Source: Metamycoplasma auris
GTDB lineage: Bacteria > Bacillota_I > Bacilli_A > Mycoplasmatales > Metamycoplasmataceae
Assembly: GCF_003253435.1 (NCBI RefSeq)
Contig: NZ_QKUB01000001.1
Location: 62,555-94,554, forward strand
Direction of reading: 5' to 3'
DNA length: 32,000 bases
Shown: positions 7,256 to 18,946 of the stretch, in pieces
Layout: every line of letters begins with the position of its first letter
Numbering within the stretch: position 1 is the stretch's first letter
Notes under the pieces: model-generated
Told to the model about the DNA's origin: nothing
Database searches by the model: none
What the model saw: the letters and a program-made list of their open reading frames with translations, nothing else
Made by a program: the position numbers and the translations under genes

Positions 7256-7683
7256 TTGTGGTATTTAATATTCTTTTTAATTGCTAACCCACGATAAATT
7301 TGCTCAATTAACATTAGACGAAACATTTGATGTGGGAATGTCATTTTTGAAAAGCAAATTTTATTTTGAAATTTACTTTCATCAACGCCATTCGAACCAC
7401 CAATAATAAAAGTAATATTATCCTCAACAAACAAATCTGAGAATTCTTCACTACTCATTTGCTTACCTTGCAATGATAAATAAAAGACTTTCGAATTTTT
7501 TGGAATCTTAGATAAAATTGCCTCAGTTTCTTTTGCAATTTTAAGCTCGATATTATCATTTAGATTTTCTTTTATTTCAATAAGATTTATTGAAGCTAAA
7601 AAATTGATTTTCTTAAGATATGAATCATAAATTTTTTTATGATCCTGACTTAGAGTTCCAATTGCAATTAAATTTATTTTCAT
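7252..7683 (-). CDS. rlmH: 23S rRNA (pseudouridine1915-N3)-methyltransferase RlmH (SPOUT family)
   Basis: 143 aa. The C-terminal FSKMTFPHQMFRLMLIEQIYRG...YHK is typical of the RlmH/YbeA family. Confidence 0.85.
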   Translation of the reverse strand: MKINLIAIGTLSQDHKKIYDSYLKKINFLASINLIEIKENLNDNIELKIAKETEAILSKIPKNSKVFYLSLQGKQMSSEEFSDLFVEDNITFIIGGSNGVDESKFQNKICFSKMTFPHQMFRLMLIEQIYRGLAIKKNIKYHK

Positions 7684-7692
7684 TTATTTTGA

Positions 7693-9528
7693 TTAAGACT
7701 TATTGATTTTATTGTTTAGATGGTAGATAAGCATTTGGATATCAGCAGGGTTAATACCACTAATTCTTGTTGCTTGACCTAGAGTAGTTGGTCTAATTAG
7801 ATCAAGTTTTTGGCGTGCTTCAGTTGCGATATTTTGGATTGACCAATAGTCAAGATCTTTTGGAAGCTTAAGATTTTCTAATCTAAGCATTTTTTCTGCA
7901 GCACTTTCTTGTTTTTTTAGATAACCAAATAAACGCACTTGGGTAGTTATTTCATTAATGTAAGGATAGTCATCTCCGAGGATATCTTTTGGATCGACTG
8001 CAGGATTAGATAGAAGTTTTAGATATGATTGACCATTAATGACATTGTATTTAATTCCTAAATCACTTTTAGATGAGACATAAATATTTTTTAGTTCTTC
8101 AATTTTAGTTTGAATATTTTGATACTTATCTAGTATTTTTTTGTATTCATCCTGAGAAATCATCTTATTATCAAATGCATATTTTCCAAGTCTTTCATCA
8201 ACATTATCATTTCTTAAAAGAAGGCGATATTCAGCTCTACTTGTTAGCATCCGATATGGTTCAGAAGTACCTTTTGTTACAATGTCATCAATTAAAACAC
8301 CAATATATCCATCATTACGTTTAATTTCCATCACTGGTAATCCTTGGATTTTGTTTGCGGCATTAATTCCAGCAATAAGACCTTGAGCGGCTGCTTCTTC
8401 ATAGCCACTAGTTCCATTAGGTTGCCCAGCGGAAAAGAAATTTTCAATTAATTTTGTTTCAAGAGATTTATATAAAACTAAAGGATTGATTGCATCATAT
8501 TCAATAGCATAACCATACTTCTGAACTCTTGCGTTTTCAAGTCCAGGAATTGTTTTGATGATTTCGTCTTGTACATCAGCAGGCATTGAGGTTGAAAGGC
8601 CATTGATATACATAATGTCACCTTTTGTTGTTTCAGGTTCAAAGAATACATGATGCGTTTCTTTATCTTGAAATCTTACAATTTTGTCCTCAATACTTGG
8701 ACAATACCTAGGTCCAACTCCAACAATTACTCCTGAATAAAGTGAACTTTTATCAAAATTTCTTAGAATAATTTCTTTAGTTTCCTTCGTTGTATGGGTT
8801 AAGAAACAAGAAGTTTGTTCATCAAGTTTAATATTAGTTTTAGATGAAAAGCATAATTCTGTCTTGTCAAGAATTTCTTTTTCTACTTTTGAAAAATCAA
8901 TGCTATCTGTATAAATACGACATGGAGTACCTGTTTTTAATCTTTGAAGTTCAAATCCATATTTTGCTAAATTACTTGAAAGTGTGGAACTATTTTTTTC
9001 GCCATCTGGTCCATCATTTTTAATATCCATTCCTCTTAGGATTCTTGAATTCATATATACACCAGTTGTCATAATGACAGCAGATGCATATATATTCCCA
9101 TTTGCTACTGTTTTGATCCCAATACATTTTTTATTTTCTACAATCAAATCAGATGCTTCATCTTCAATTAGAGTAATGTTATTTTCTTTTCTAACTGCTT
9201 CAAGAATAATTTGCGAATATTTTTCTTTATCAATTTGTGCTCTTAATGATCAAACAGCTGGACCTTTTGATGAATTTAACATCTTAATTTGAATCATTGA
9301 CCTATCAGCAAAAATACCCTGAACACCACCTAGGGCATCAATTTCACGGGTAATAATTCCTTTTGCTGATCCTCCGATTGAAGGATTACAAGGAAGCATT
9401 GCAAGTTTATTGATATTTAGTGTTACTAAAGCAACTTTTAGATTTCTTTTTGCTAAAGCAAAAACTGCCTCAATTCCGGCATGGCCGCCACCAATTACAA
9501 TGGCATCGAATTTATTTATATTATTCAT
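7693..9528 (-). CDS. mnmG: tRNA uridine 5-carboxymethylaminomethyl modification enzyme MnmG (GidA)
   Basis: ORFs 7693-9147 and 9250-9528 share one frame and are joined through TGA at 9250-9252, giving 611 aa. The N-terminal FAD motif is [14 protein letters not shown] and GidA-like sequence continues throughout. Confidence 0.95.
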
Positions 9529-9536
9529 TATATTAA

Positions 9537-9863
9537 CTACTTAATTTCATTTAGAATTTTTTCAATTCTAGCTGCTTCAGGTTCAACTTGATCAATCAAG
9601 AAAACTAATTCTGGTAATTTTTTGTATTTTCAACTTTTAGCAACAACTGAACGAATAAATGGAGTCATTGAAGTGATTTTTTCAAAGTATCTTTCTTTAT
9701 CTTTGAACAAAGTAATAAATACTTTTGCATGTGAGCCATCATTTGATAGGATAACATCATTAATTGCAATGTTTGTTACATCAAAATCCTTTAAATCATA
9801 AAAACTATTTCCAATTAATTCTAATAGTAATTGTTTTTTTCTTTCATGCATAATTGTGTTCAT
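9537..9863 (-). CDS. rbfA: ribosome-binding factor A
   Basis: Listed ORF 9630-9863 ends in TGA (Trp). The frame continues ([31 protein letters not shown]) to TAG at 9537-9539, giving 108 aa. It sits in the conserved position downstream of infB. Confidence 0.8.
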
Positions 9864-9865
9864 AA

Positions 9866-11671
9866 TTAAACTAATACATCCTCATAAAATTTTAATTCGT
9901 CATCTAACTCTATTTTATCAAAATCCTTTATGTGAGTTCCGAAATCAAAACCCTTTTCAACGATCTTAACATCATTTTTTTCAATCTTCAAGGAGTTTAT
10001 TGTACCCTTAAAAATACTCTTGCCTTTTCTAAAGACTTCTACTTTAGAAAATTCCTTAACAACACCATCAATTACCTTACATCCAGCAATCGTTCCAACT
10101 TTAGAATAAAAGAATAATTTGATAATGTTAGCAACACCAATTTGTCTTTCTTCATAAACTGGTTCTTTTAGCGTACTAATTATTGCCTCAACCTCTTCAA
10201 CAATCTTATAGATAACATTATGTGAAATAATTTTGATTTTCTTTCCATCTGCTAATTTTTTAATTTCAGCTGAAGCATTATTGTTAAATAAATAGATTCT
10301 TGCATTTGATGTTTCAGCTAATAGCAAATCAGCTTTAGTTAATTCTCCAGATGTTGCTCTAATTACATTAACATTAATTTCATGATTCTTAATTTTAATT
10401 AATGATTGTTTAATTGCTTCAGCAGTACCCTGAACGTCAGTCTTAATAATAATATTTAATGTTTTTTTACCATCTTTGATTGAGAATGAGTTTCTTTCGT
10501 TTAACTCTCTTTGTTTGTTAATGAATGATTTTTCTTCAGCGATTTTCTTTGCAAATTTTTCATCGCTGATCACAACAAATTTGTCTCCAGAAAGAGGATT
10601 TTTATTTAACCCTGTAATGATACATGGATCTCCTGGCAGTGCTTTTTCAAGAGGTTTTCCATCAAATGTCATTAAGCTTCTTATATTTCCATATTGCCCG
10701 CCTGCGATAATAAAGTCACGAGGTAAAAGTGTTCCATTTTCAACGATAATTGTTGTAACAATTCCTCTTCCTTTATCAATTTTGGATTCAATAACAGTTC
10801 CAAATGGGTCACGATTTAGATTAGCTTTTAAATCAAGCAGGTCAGCCTGTAAGAATATTGCTTCTAGAAGACTATCAATATTTTGATTCTGTGCAGCAGA
10901 ACCGTAAATAAATTGAACATCTCCTCCCCATTCTTCACAAACTATGTTGTGTTCACTTAATTGACTTTTAACTTTCTCAGGGTCAGCACCTGGTTTGTCC
11001 ATTTTATTAACAAAGATAATAATTGGTAATTCTGCTGCCTTAGCATGATCAATTGCTTCAATAGTTTGAGGTTTAACTCCATCATCTGCAGCAACGACGA
11101 TAATAACAATATCAGTAACTTTAGCACCACGGGCACGCATTTCAGTAAAAGCTTCATGCCCAGGAGTGTCAAGGAAAGTAATTTTTCTTCCGTAGTAGTC
11201 AACTTGATAAGCACCAGTGTGTTGAGTGATGCCACCAAATTCAGAAGCAAGAACGTTACTTTTTCTTATTTTATCAATTAATGTTGTTTTACCATGGTCA
11301 ACATGCCCCATTATTGTAACAATTGGAGGTCTAGAAAAAAGGTCATTTGGATCATTGACAATTTCGAGTTTATCAAATAGATTTTCAGCGTCTACGCTTT
11401 CTTCTTTTTTAAAGTCTAGATCGTACATTAAACAAAGTTCAGCAATTTCTTCTTCATTTAAAAAAGTATTAATTGTTTTGATAATTCCTTTTTTGAAATA
11501 ATAAGTCAATATTTTTGCTGCCGTTTGATTTATTTTTGCACTGAACTCAGAAATAGTCATTGGCCCACTAAAAATAAAAACTCCATTTTGAACTTTAGTT
11601 TCAACACTATTAAGTTTTTCTTTAATGATTTCTACATTTGAGATTCTTTTATTATTTTTTTGTTTAGCCAT
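9866..11671 (-). CDS. infB: translation initiation factor IF-2
   Basis: 601 aa. The GTPase motifs [14 protein letters not shown] and NKMD are present, within the nusA-ylxR-infB-rbfA gene order. Confidence 0.95.
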   Translation of the reverse strand: MAKQKNNKRISNVEIIKEKLNSVETKVQNGVFIFSGPMTISEFSAKINQTAAKILTYYFKKGIIKTINTFLNEEEIAELCLMYDLDFKKEESVDAENLFDKLEIVNDPNDLFSRPPIVTIMGHVDHGKTTLIDKIRKSNVLASEFGGITQHTGAYQVDYYGRKITFLDTPGHEAFTEMRARGAKVTDIVIIVVAADDGVKPQTIEAIDHAKAAELPIIIFVNKMDKPGADPEKVKSQLSEHNIVCEEWGGDVQFIYGSAAQNQNIDSLLEAIFLQADLLDLKANLNRDPFGTVIESKIDKGRGIVTTIIVENGTLLPRDFIIAGGQYGNIRSLMTFDGKPLEKALPGDPCIITGLNKNPLSGDKFVVISDEKFAKKIAEEKSFINKQRELNERNSFSIKDGKKTLNIIIKTDVQGTAEAIKQSLIKIKNHEINVNVIRATSGELTKADLLLAETSNARIYLFNNNASAEIKKLADGKKIKIISHNVIYKIVEEVEAIISTLKEPVYEERQIGVANIIKLFFYSKVGTIAGCKVIDGVVKEFSKVEVFRKGKSIFKGTINSLKIEKNDVKIVEKGFDFGTHIKDFDKIELDDELKFYEDVLV

Positions 11672-11928
11672 ATTTCTACCTCTTCTTTCAATTTTTGATA
11701 TGTTTCTTGATCAATGTTTTGCCTAAAAGCTTTGTTTAATAATCTTTTAGAAAACAATGTGTTGATTTGGGTTTCATTATCTAAACAATATGTTCCTCTA
11801 CCCTTTAATTCAATGTTTGGATCGAAATAAAATTGGTTATTAATTTTTGCAAATCTAACTAGTGATGCGACTGGATAAATTTTGTTATCAACAATTGATT
11901 TACGACTATATTTTTTATCAGTCTTCAT
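11632..11928 (-). CDS. ylxR: YlxR/RnpM (DUF448) family RNA-binding protein
   Basis: 98 aa, located between nusA and infB. The sequence LVRF......F.D......GRG.Y is typical of the family. It overlaps infB by 40 nt and nusA by 11 nt. Confidence 0.75.
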   Translation of the reverse strand: MKTDKKYSRKSIVDNKIYPVASLVRFAKINNQFYFDPNIELKGRGTYCLDNETQINTLFSKRLLNKAFRQNIDQETYQKLKEEVEIWLNKKIIKESQM

Positions 11929-13510
11929 TATCTAAGTCACTTAAATCTAGATCTTCTAATCCAGCACTCAAATCAGCATCTCTTTTGAAATCCTTCATTT
12001 TTGTTGAAGTAATTTTTTCATAGTCTGCTTCAATTTTTTCTTTGTTCTTTTCTTCTTTTTTATTGATATCCTCTGAATAAATATCAAGATCATCATCAAT
12101 AGAATTATTTAATTCCATTTGAATTTCTTCAAGCGCTTTTTCAATTTCATCATCAATATTTGTATCAGATAAATGCTTTTCGAATGCTTTTTCAGTTTGC
12201 GAAGCTTTTTGTCTTAATTCAGCTAGATCTTCATCAAATTCAGAGATATTGAATGAATAATCAAAAAGACTGTCCTTTCTCTTTTGTGGTCTTGAAAATG
12301 ATTTGTAGTGTAGTTTCTTTCCTTCGTATTTTAATTGAGCTTCTTCTTCACTGATATTTGCATTATCAAATGTATATTTAATTCCAAGTTGGTCAGCTTG
12401 AGCTTGGCTTATTATATCTAAACGAACTTTTGTTAACTCTGATGCCAATTTAACATTTTGTCCCCTTCTACCAATTGCTAATGTATGTTGTGCATTGGGA
12501 ACAATTACAAGAAAACTATTAAAGTCAGCTCTTGAATCTTCTTTGTGAATGATATCAATAACTCTTGCTGGGGCAATTGCATTCATAACAAAGGTTGGTT
12601 TATCTTCATCATAAAGAATTAAATCAATTTTTTCGCCATTTAGTTGTTTTGAGATTGCTTCAATTCGCTCAGAATTTTTTCCGATGATACTACCTAGTTC
12701 CTCAAGTCCAAAAGGAGCAAATTCAGATTTCTTTATTGCAACTTTCGCTCTTTCACCAGGAATTCTAACTACTCTAACTAATTCAATATAACCTGCTGCT
12801 ACTTCAGGAATTTCTTGGGCAATTAGTTTGTTTAATAACTTGGATTCAATTGATGAAACAATGACTTGAGCATTTTTTGATTCTTGTTTAACTTCTTCAA
12901 TATAAACATCAATTAAATCGCCTGGTCTTAGATTTTCTAAAAGACGCAAATTAGTAGTTGAAGATGGCATATATGCAACTACACCATCATGTAGTTCCAT
13001 TAGTGTTCCATTTTTTGTAATATTTGTAATCTTAGCCTTAACAACATCCCCAACTAAGTTAACATATTTTTGGTAAGTTAGTTGTTTTTCTAATTCTCTG
13101 ATTTGTTGATTAAAGATACTTAAAATTTTTTGATAATCTTTTTTAGCAAAACGTTCAAAATCAATTTCAGCTGAAATTAGATCTCCTTCTTCAATGTTAG
13201 GATCTATTTTTTTTGCTTCTTCGACAGTAATTTCGATGCATGGGCAGAAATTATCTTTTTCGTCATCTGTTTTAGGAGCTTGGGTAACAATTTTTGTATG
13301 ATTGATTACTCTAAATTCTCTGTTATCTTTATCAATAATAAATTCTAGTTCTGCATCTGGATCATATTGTCCAACAATAACTTGTTCGACAGCAGCTTTT
13401 AAAAGTTTAATCACTAATTCTTCATCAATATTCTTAATTTTTGAAACGTTGTATATTGCATTAAAAATTTCATTAGATTTAGTATTTATAATATTAGATT
13501 TAATGCCCAT
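11918..13510 (-). CDS. nusA: transcription termination/antitermination factor NusA with an acidic C-terminal extension
   Basis: 530 aa. NusA N-terminal, S1 and KH-like sequence is present (for example RGQNVKLASELT). The last ~150 aa are a low-complexity Asp/Glu/Lys tail. Confidence 0.9.
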   Translation of the reverse strand: MGIKSNIINTKSNEIFNAIYNVSKIKNIDEELVIKLLKAAVEQVIVGQYDPDAELEFIIDKDNREFRVINHTKIVTQAPKTDDEKDNFCPCIEITVEEAKKIDPNIEEGDLISAEIDFERFAKKDYQKILSIFNQQIRELEKQLTYQKYVNLVGDVVKAKITNITKNGTLMELHDGVVAYMPSSTTNLRLLENLRPGDLIDVYIEEVKQESKNAQVIVSSIESKLLNKLIAQEIPEVAAGYIELVRVVRIPGERAKVAIKKSEFAPFGLEELGSIIGKNSERIEAISKQLNGEKIDLILYDEDKPTFVMNAIAPARVIDIIHKEDSRADFNSFLVIVPNAQHTLAIGRRGQNVKLASELTKVRLDIISQAQADQLGIKYTFDNANISEEEAQLKYEGKKLHYKSFSRPQKRKDSLFDYSFNISEFDEDLAELRQKASQTEKAFEKHLSDTNIDDEIEKALEEIQMELNNSIDDDLDIYSEDINKKEEKNKEKIEADYEKITSTKMKDFKRDADLSAGLEDLDLSDLDNED

Positions 13511-13540
13511 ATGTCCTCTTTCTTATTTGTATATTTTATC

Positions 13541-13571
13541 AAAAAAGAATTGGCAACCTGCCAACCCCTTT
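13541..13571 (-). terminator. rho-independent terminator downstream of the PAP2 gene (minus strand)
   Basis: TTGGCA (13550-13555) pairs with TGCCAA (13559-13564) across a 3-nt loop. An A run on the plus strand at 13541-13546 gives a T run after the hairpin on the minus strand. Confidence 0.55.
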
Positions 13572-13655
13572 TTAATTTAATTAAAAACAGTAACTATAAT
13601 TTTAATTCATTTTTCTAAAAAATTAAAGTATTTTTTAAATTATTGATTATTTAGT

Positions 13656-14851
13656 TTATTTTGCACTTATTCATCTTGCTTTCTTAATTTTGATTTTGGT
13701 TCAAGTTTTTTGCTTGATTTTTATACCAATGTAATGTACAAATACAACAACTGGTATACCCCAAACATATGAAAATGCAATATCACTAACCCAATGACCG
13801 CGGTTAACAATTAAAGCAAAAGTCATAGACCAAAAATAAATCTGGTAAATAATAATTCAAATTACTTTCTTTCAATTTAATTTTTTATTGTTTGAAAGAA
13901 AGAAGAAAAATATAAGTCCAATGTTAAGAGTAGCAATTACATGTCCTGAAGGAAATGCTCATCGAAATCACTTATTAAAAAAATTCATTCTTGGATCAGG
14001 ATGAAAGGCTTTACCATTAATGACATACCAAGGAAGTTTGATGTATGAAGGGATATTTCAACGAAATACACCATCACCATAATTAAAACCATGTCTAAAG
14101 ACATTTTGATTTAAATAATAACTAACTCATTCAGGATGCTCTTGTTTTACACTTTCAAGTAAATCTCCATAAATAACATTGTAGTAGTATGGCCTTGATG
14201 TCATCCCTTTAAGCAAAAGGATAATAAAATAAGAAATTAAGTTAAATAAAATAAATTTAATTGATTCAACTCAATATTTGTTTGTTAAAAAATCCTTTGA
14301 TTTAGAAAATTTAAGATGTAAAAACAAACCTCCGAAAATAAAGAAAACTGAATTTAGAAGAATACTTAAAATTAATGCTACTTTACGATATATAAACTTT
14401 GTAGCATATACCGCATCTCCCCCCCAGTTCCAAAACCGTTGCCGGTTCTTATTTCATTATGTGCACTTAATGAAATCATCAAAATATAGATTATTGGATA
14501 TATAAAATAAACTAAAGGTAATATTCATTTAGTTTTAGATCAAAAATTTCTTTGGTTATTCTTAGTCTTGTATGAATAAAGACTTTCAATGATAACCATA
14601 ACAACAAAAAACAAAAAGACACCTAATAGCGTGTTACCTGAAATCTCAAAAAAAGCTGATCAATATCTTATAAATTCAGATTTTAAAAATCCTTGTTCAA
14701 AGAATTTAGCAAGTTTCAAATCAACTGAATAAGGAGATGAAATAATAAAGCTAATTAGTTAAATAAAAAATAATAGAAGTAAGCCAAAAAATACTAAATT
14801 AAAGATTGTGTCTTTTTCTTTTTTAATTTTATAACTTACTTTGTTATCCAT
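13656..14851 (-). pseudogene. PAP2-superfamily (type 2 phosphatidic acid / lipid phosphatase) membrane protein, disrupted by an in-frame TAA and a frameshift at a G7 run
   Basis: The minus-strand translation shows the three PAP2 motifs: KGMTSRP, PSGH (AFPSGHVIA) and NRGHWVSD (SRxxxxxHxxxD type). The ATG at 14849-14851 opens a frame that meets TAA at 14759-14761 after 30 codons. The same frame reopens, then must shift at C7 (14419-14425, G7 on the coding strand) to reach the motif-bearing frame ending at TAA 13656-13658. Confidence 0.75.
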
Positions 14852-14984
14852 TTTTAATCTTTTCTTATGTTTGCTAGTATTAATAATATCAATAAAATAA
14901 ATAAATTATTAATTAAATTCTAGATGTAAAAATTCAAATAAGAGACGACTAGTAAAAGAGTTTAAATTCCTAAATTAACTTATT

Positions 14985-15025
14985 AAAAAAAACCTCAATA
15001 GCATTTGAACTATGAGGTTTTTTAT
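14985..15025 (-). terminator. rho-independent terminator downstream of tex (minus strand)
   Basis: AACCTCA (14991-14997) pairs with TGAGGTT (15013-15019), flanked by an A8 run and a T run. Confidence 0.6.
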
Positions 15026-15080
15026 TTAACTGATGAAAAGGTTATTGTATTAACCTTGTAATTAATTGATATTCAATAAT

Positions 15081-17252
15081 TTATTCAATGTTTCAAAGAA
15101 TTTTTCCTTGAATTTTTTTGTTATCTTTATCAATCTCAATTATTTCTATATTGATATTATCACCGATTGAAACTACTTGTGTTGGATGTTCGATGTAATG
15201 ATTTGTATCTTTTTTCATATTAGTAATATGGATTAGAACATTTTCTTTAAGTCCAATGTAAACAAAGACTCCGAAGTTTGTAATATTTTGAACTTGTCCA
15301 ATTATTTTTTGACCGACAAAAAGATCTTCAAACTTTAATACTTTATCATTGACAATGAAACCTTTTTTATCGTCTCTTATATCTTTACCTGGTGAAATTA
15401 ATGAATCAATAATTAAACTTACTTCATACTCATTTGAATTTAGTTTCGAAGCTAATTCTTTTTTATCTATACTTAAAAGATATTCTTTGTCAATATCATT
15501 TAAATTGATTTCTAGTGTTTTGACAATCTTGTTAGCTAACTCATAAGAATCTGGATGAATATTTGTTTTATCATAAAAGTTTTCAGAATCATAAATTCTT
15601 AGGAATCCAGCACATTGTTCATATGCTTTTGGACCTAATCCTTTTACGTTTTTAAGTTCGCTTCTTGATTTAAAAAGACCATTTTCTTTACGATAGTCAA
15701 CAATGTTTTGAGCTATTGTTTTAGATAGACCTGAAACATATTCTAAAATAAATTTTGTTGCTGTATTCAAGTCAACGCCGACCATATTTACTGCTTTTTC
15801 AACTTTAAATGAAAGTTTATTAGCTAGTTCTTTTTGATTGACATCATGTTGATATTGGCCAATACCTAAGGATTTTGGATCAATCTTAATTAATTCATTC
15901 AATGGGTCTTGGAATTTACGTCCAATGTTGATTGCGGATCTAAATTCTAATTCTAAATCTGGAAATTCTTCCTGAGCAATTTTGGAAGCTGAATATACTG
16001 AGGCACCAACTTCACTTACAATTGCAAATTTAGTATCTAAATTTTTATTATTCGTATGACGGTTTGTTAAGAATCTAGCAATGAATTCTTCAGTTTCACG
16101 ACTAGCAGTTCCATTACCAATTACAATCAAATCAATTTGATGATTATCTAGAATGCTATGCATTTTTTTAACTGTTTCAAGAAATTTTTCTTTTGAATTT
16201 GAGAAAGGGTAAACAATGAAACCTTCAAGATAATTACCATTTGCATCAATGACTACACATTTACAACCATTGGTATATCCTGGATCGATTGATAAAATTC
16301 TTTTGTTTTTTGTTGCAGGGGATAAAAGAAGATCTTCAAGATTCTTAGCAAATACTTCGATTGCCTCAACTTCTGCTCTTTTAAATAGATCAGTTTTAAT
16401 TTCGCGAATGATTGAAGGAACAATTAAACGTTCTAATGAATCTTTTATTGCTTCGTTGATGATCTTGGCTGTTCGTTTATTAATAAAGAATTTATTATTT
16501 AAATGATAAATAATTACTTTCTCATTGAACTCAATGGTATAAGATATGATATTTTTTTCTTCGCCTCTTGAAATTGCTAAAATTCGATGATTAGGGATAT
16601 ACTTAACCTTTTCTTTGTAATCATAGTATTGTTTAAAGGTTTGTCCTGGATCATCAGTATTTTTTTTCTTGGTGATGATGATTCCATAGTCATATAGCTG
16701 ACTTTTAACATAATCGCGAACATTTATATCTTGCGAGATATCTTGAGCAATAATATATTTAGTTTGTTCAATTACTTCATCAGCTTTTTTTAGGGTGTCA
16801 TTGTTTATATATTTAGCAGCTTCCTTATAAACATTAAATTTTTCATCTTTATTAGTCATAATTAACTGCGCTAAAGGACCAAGTCCAAGTGCTAAAGCGT
16901 CAGTTGCTTTAGTTTTCTTGCCAACTTTAAAGGGTTCATAAATGTTTTCTATTTCTTGCTTAGTTTGGGCTTGTTCAATTTTTTTTGCTATTTCATCATT
17001 AAGAAGTTTCTTTTCTTCAAGAACTGATCTAACATATTCTTTTCTTTTTTGTAATTCAACATCATATTCATATAAGGTAGCTACTTGTTGAACTTGTTCC
17101 TCATCCAGTCCACCAGTAACATCTTTACGATAACGTGAAATAAATGGGACTGTTGCCCCTTCATTTAGAAGTTCTAGTGTTTTGGTAACTTGTTCTTGCG
17201 TTACATGCATTTTTTTTGCAACATTTTCTATTGATAAATTGCTCATATTCAA
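15081..17252 (-). CDS. tex: Tex-like transcription accessory protein (YqgF/HhH/S1 domains)
   Basis: The listed 719-aa ORF ends in TGA, and four more codons (WNIE) lead to TAA at 15081-15083. The N-terminus has LNEGATVPFISRYRKDVTGGLDE, characteristic of Tex, and the C-terminus has an S1 domain. Confidence 0.9.
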
Positions 17253-17395
17253 TTCCGATCTTAGTTTTCTATTTTTAAAATCTAAATCCCACTGTCTTTA
17301 AAAGTATTTAAAAATAAAAATAGGATGCTTTAAATTTTATGTAATTATATTACTATAATTTAGTTAATAAATGCTTATTTGGATTAAGTTGTTAG

Positions 17396-18331
17396 ATGAT
17401 AAAAAAACTATTTGATAAGGAAATATTATTTGATATGAAAAAAATCGGTTTGATTGCGGAATTTAATCCATTTCATAATGGGCATATTTATCTATTAAAT
17501 AAAATCAGAGAGAAATATCCGCAATCAAAAATAATTGTTGCCCTATCTTCAAATTACACGCAAAGAGGTGAAATTGCAGTTGCTTCTTTTGCTAAAAGAA
17601 AAGCAATATGTAAAAAATATGGTGTTAATCAAGTTTTAAAATTAGACTTTAAAACCTCAACACAAGCAGCAACAGTTTTTGCTTCCAATGCAATAAAACT
17701 TCTATCTAAGCATCATATTGATCTGCTTTTTTTTGGTGTCTCAGATACAAATGACATCAGTAAATATATCAATGCAGCTAAGATAATTAAAAGCAATAAA
17801 ACAACCTATGATGAAAATATTAAACGAATCTTAAAGAGTGGTAAGTCCTATGTTGCTGCATCTTTTGAATCTCTAAGAATGCTTATTAGTGATGAAAATA
17901 TTCCAGAAGATATTTTAGGATTTGAGTATACAAAATATATCATCGATAATAATTTAGATATTGAATTAGATTGTATTAAAAGAACTATTGCTCATGCTTC
18001 AGATGAAAGCAATTTTATCTATGCTTCAGGCACTAATCTAAGAAAAATGTTAAAAGAAAAGCAAGATATTTCTTTATATTCTCCAATGAAGATTAAGAGA
18101 ATTAAAAGAATTGAAGATACCTATCCTAAGTTTCAAAAAATAGTAAAAAAAACAGATGCTTCCAAGTTAGCAAAAATTACCTTAATGTCAGAAGGGATGG
18201 AAAATCTATTCAAAAAAAATATAAATAAAGAAAGTTATGATGAATTTATTGCAGCATGTACCTCAAAAAGATATACAGCTTCAAGAATTAAACGAGTATA
18301 TTTATATGTTCTAAAGAAAATTTATAAGTAG
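17396..18331 (+). CDS. tmcAL: tRNA(Met) cytidine acetate ligase TmcAL (YlbM/UPF0348 nucleotidyltransferase family)
   Basis: GLIAEFNPFHNGHIYLL is the family HxGH-type motif. The true start is probably the ATG at 17435 (MKKIGLIAEFNPFHNGH), 13 codons inside the listed ORF. Confidence 0.8.
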   Translation: MIKKLFDKEILFDMKKIGLIAEFNPFHNGHIYLLNKIREKYPQSKIIVALSSNYTQRGEIAVASFAKRKAICKKYGVNQVLKLDFKTSTQAATVFASNAIKLLSKHHIDLLFFGVSDTNDISKYINAAKIIKSNKTTYDENIKRILKSGKSYVAASFESLRMLISDENIPEDILGFEYTKYIIDNNLDIELDCIKRTIAHASDESNFIYASGTNLRKMLKEKQDISLYSPMKIKRIKRIEDTYPKFQKIVKKTDASKLAKITLMSEGMENLFKKNINKESYDEFIAACTSKRYTASRIKRVYLYVLKKIYK

Positions 18332-18385
18332 CAAAAACAATTTATTAAGTTTAAGTAAGTTTGATTCTTTATGTTATTTTAATTA

Positions 18386-18946
18386 CTATTGATAAATTTT
18401 TTTCTCAGTAATAATTAAATCTAACTTGCAATCATGGTCTTCAATCTCAAGGATATCATCTAGTTTTTGTTTATCAAAAGCAATACCAATTTTTAGATAA
18501 TTTTGTTGATGAGAATTAAAAAACGAATCATAGAAACCACCTCCCATACCAAGGCGATTAAGATTATCATCAAAAGCTACTAATGGGCAAAAAATACATT
18601 CAATATCATTTAGATTAGCACTTTTAAAAGCAAAGGGTTCATTGATTTTAAAAGTGTTAGCTACATATTTCGAATCCTTAGTAATTAAGACCATTTCCAT
18701 ATTTCTTTTGTCCAAAACTTTTGGAACAAAAACATTAATATTATTTAGAAAACATCACTTGATTATTTCATTAGTCTGAACTTCAAATTTTGTTGATAAG
18801 TAGATCCCAATATTTTTAAATTTTTTCTTCTTAATTAGGTAAATAACTTTCCTTGATATTGCAATATTTGATTTTATAAAATAATCACTGCTAAGTTTTT
18901 TTCTTTCAAGAAGTTTTTTTGTTCTTGCTTCATTTTTGTTTATCAT
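18386..18946 (-). CDS. 5-formyltetrahydrofolate cyclo-ligase
   Basis: ORFs 18386-18715 and 18755-18946 share one frame and are joined via TGA, giving 186 aa. The conserved GMGGGFYD motif is present. Confidence 0.8.

Noticed and set aside
7693-9528. Many conserved genes appear fragmented in the supplied ORF track (mnmG, lepA, pip, ATPase, S41-2, 5-FTHF cyclo-ligase, DUF285 protein), which could be read as pseudogenes.
   Set aside because: All fragments of each gene lie in one frame, and every break is TGA at positions where homologues have Trp (for example GGSWGS in pip and PFVKWAGGK in the methylase). This is genetic code 4, not gene decay.
8984-11501. Plus-strand ORFs inside mnmG and infB (8984-9292, 9932-10117, 10476-10886, 11045-11281, 11226-11501) and the minus-strand out-of-frame ORF 10957-11250.
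   Set aside because: They overlap strongly conserved coding sequence on the opposite strand or in another frame, and show no recognisable motifs.
14278-14505. A 75-aa plus-strand ORF in the 13.6-14.9 kb region that otherwise looks ORF-free.
   Set aside because: The region is explained by the minus-strand PAP2 gene, which is Trp(TGA)-rich and therefore absent from the track. The plus-strand ORF is antisense to it and contains the C7 run.
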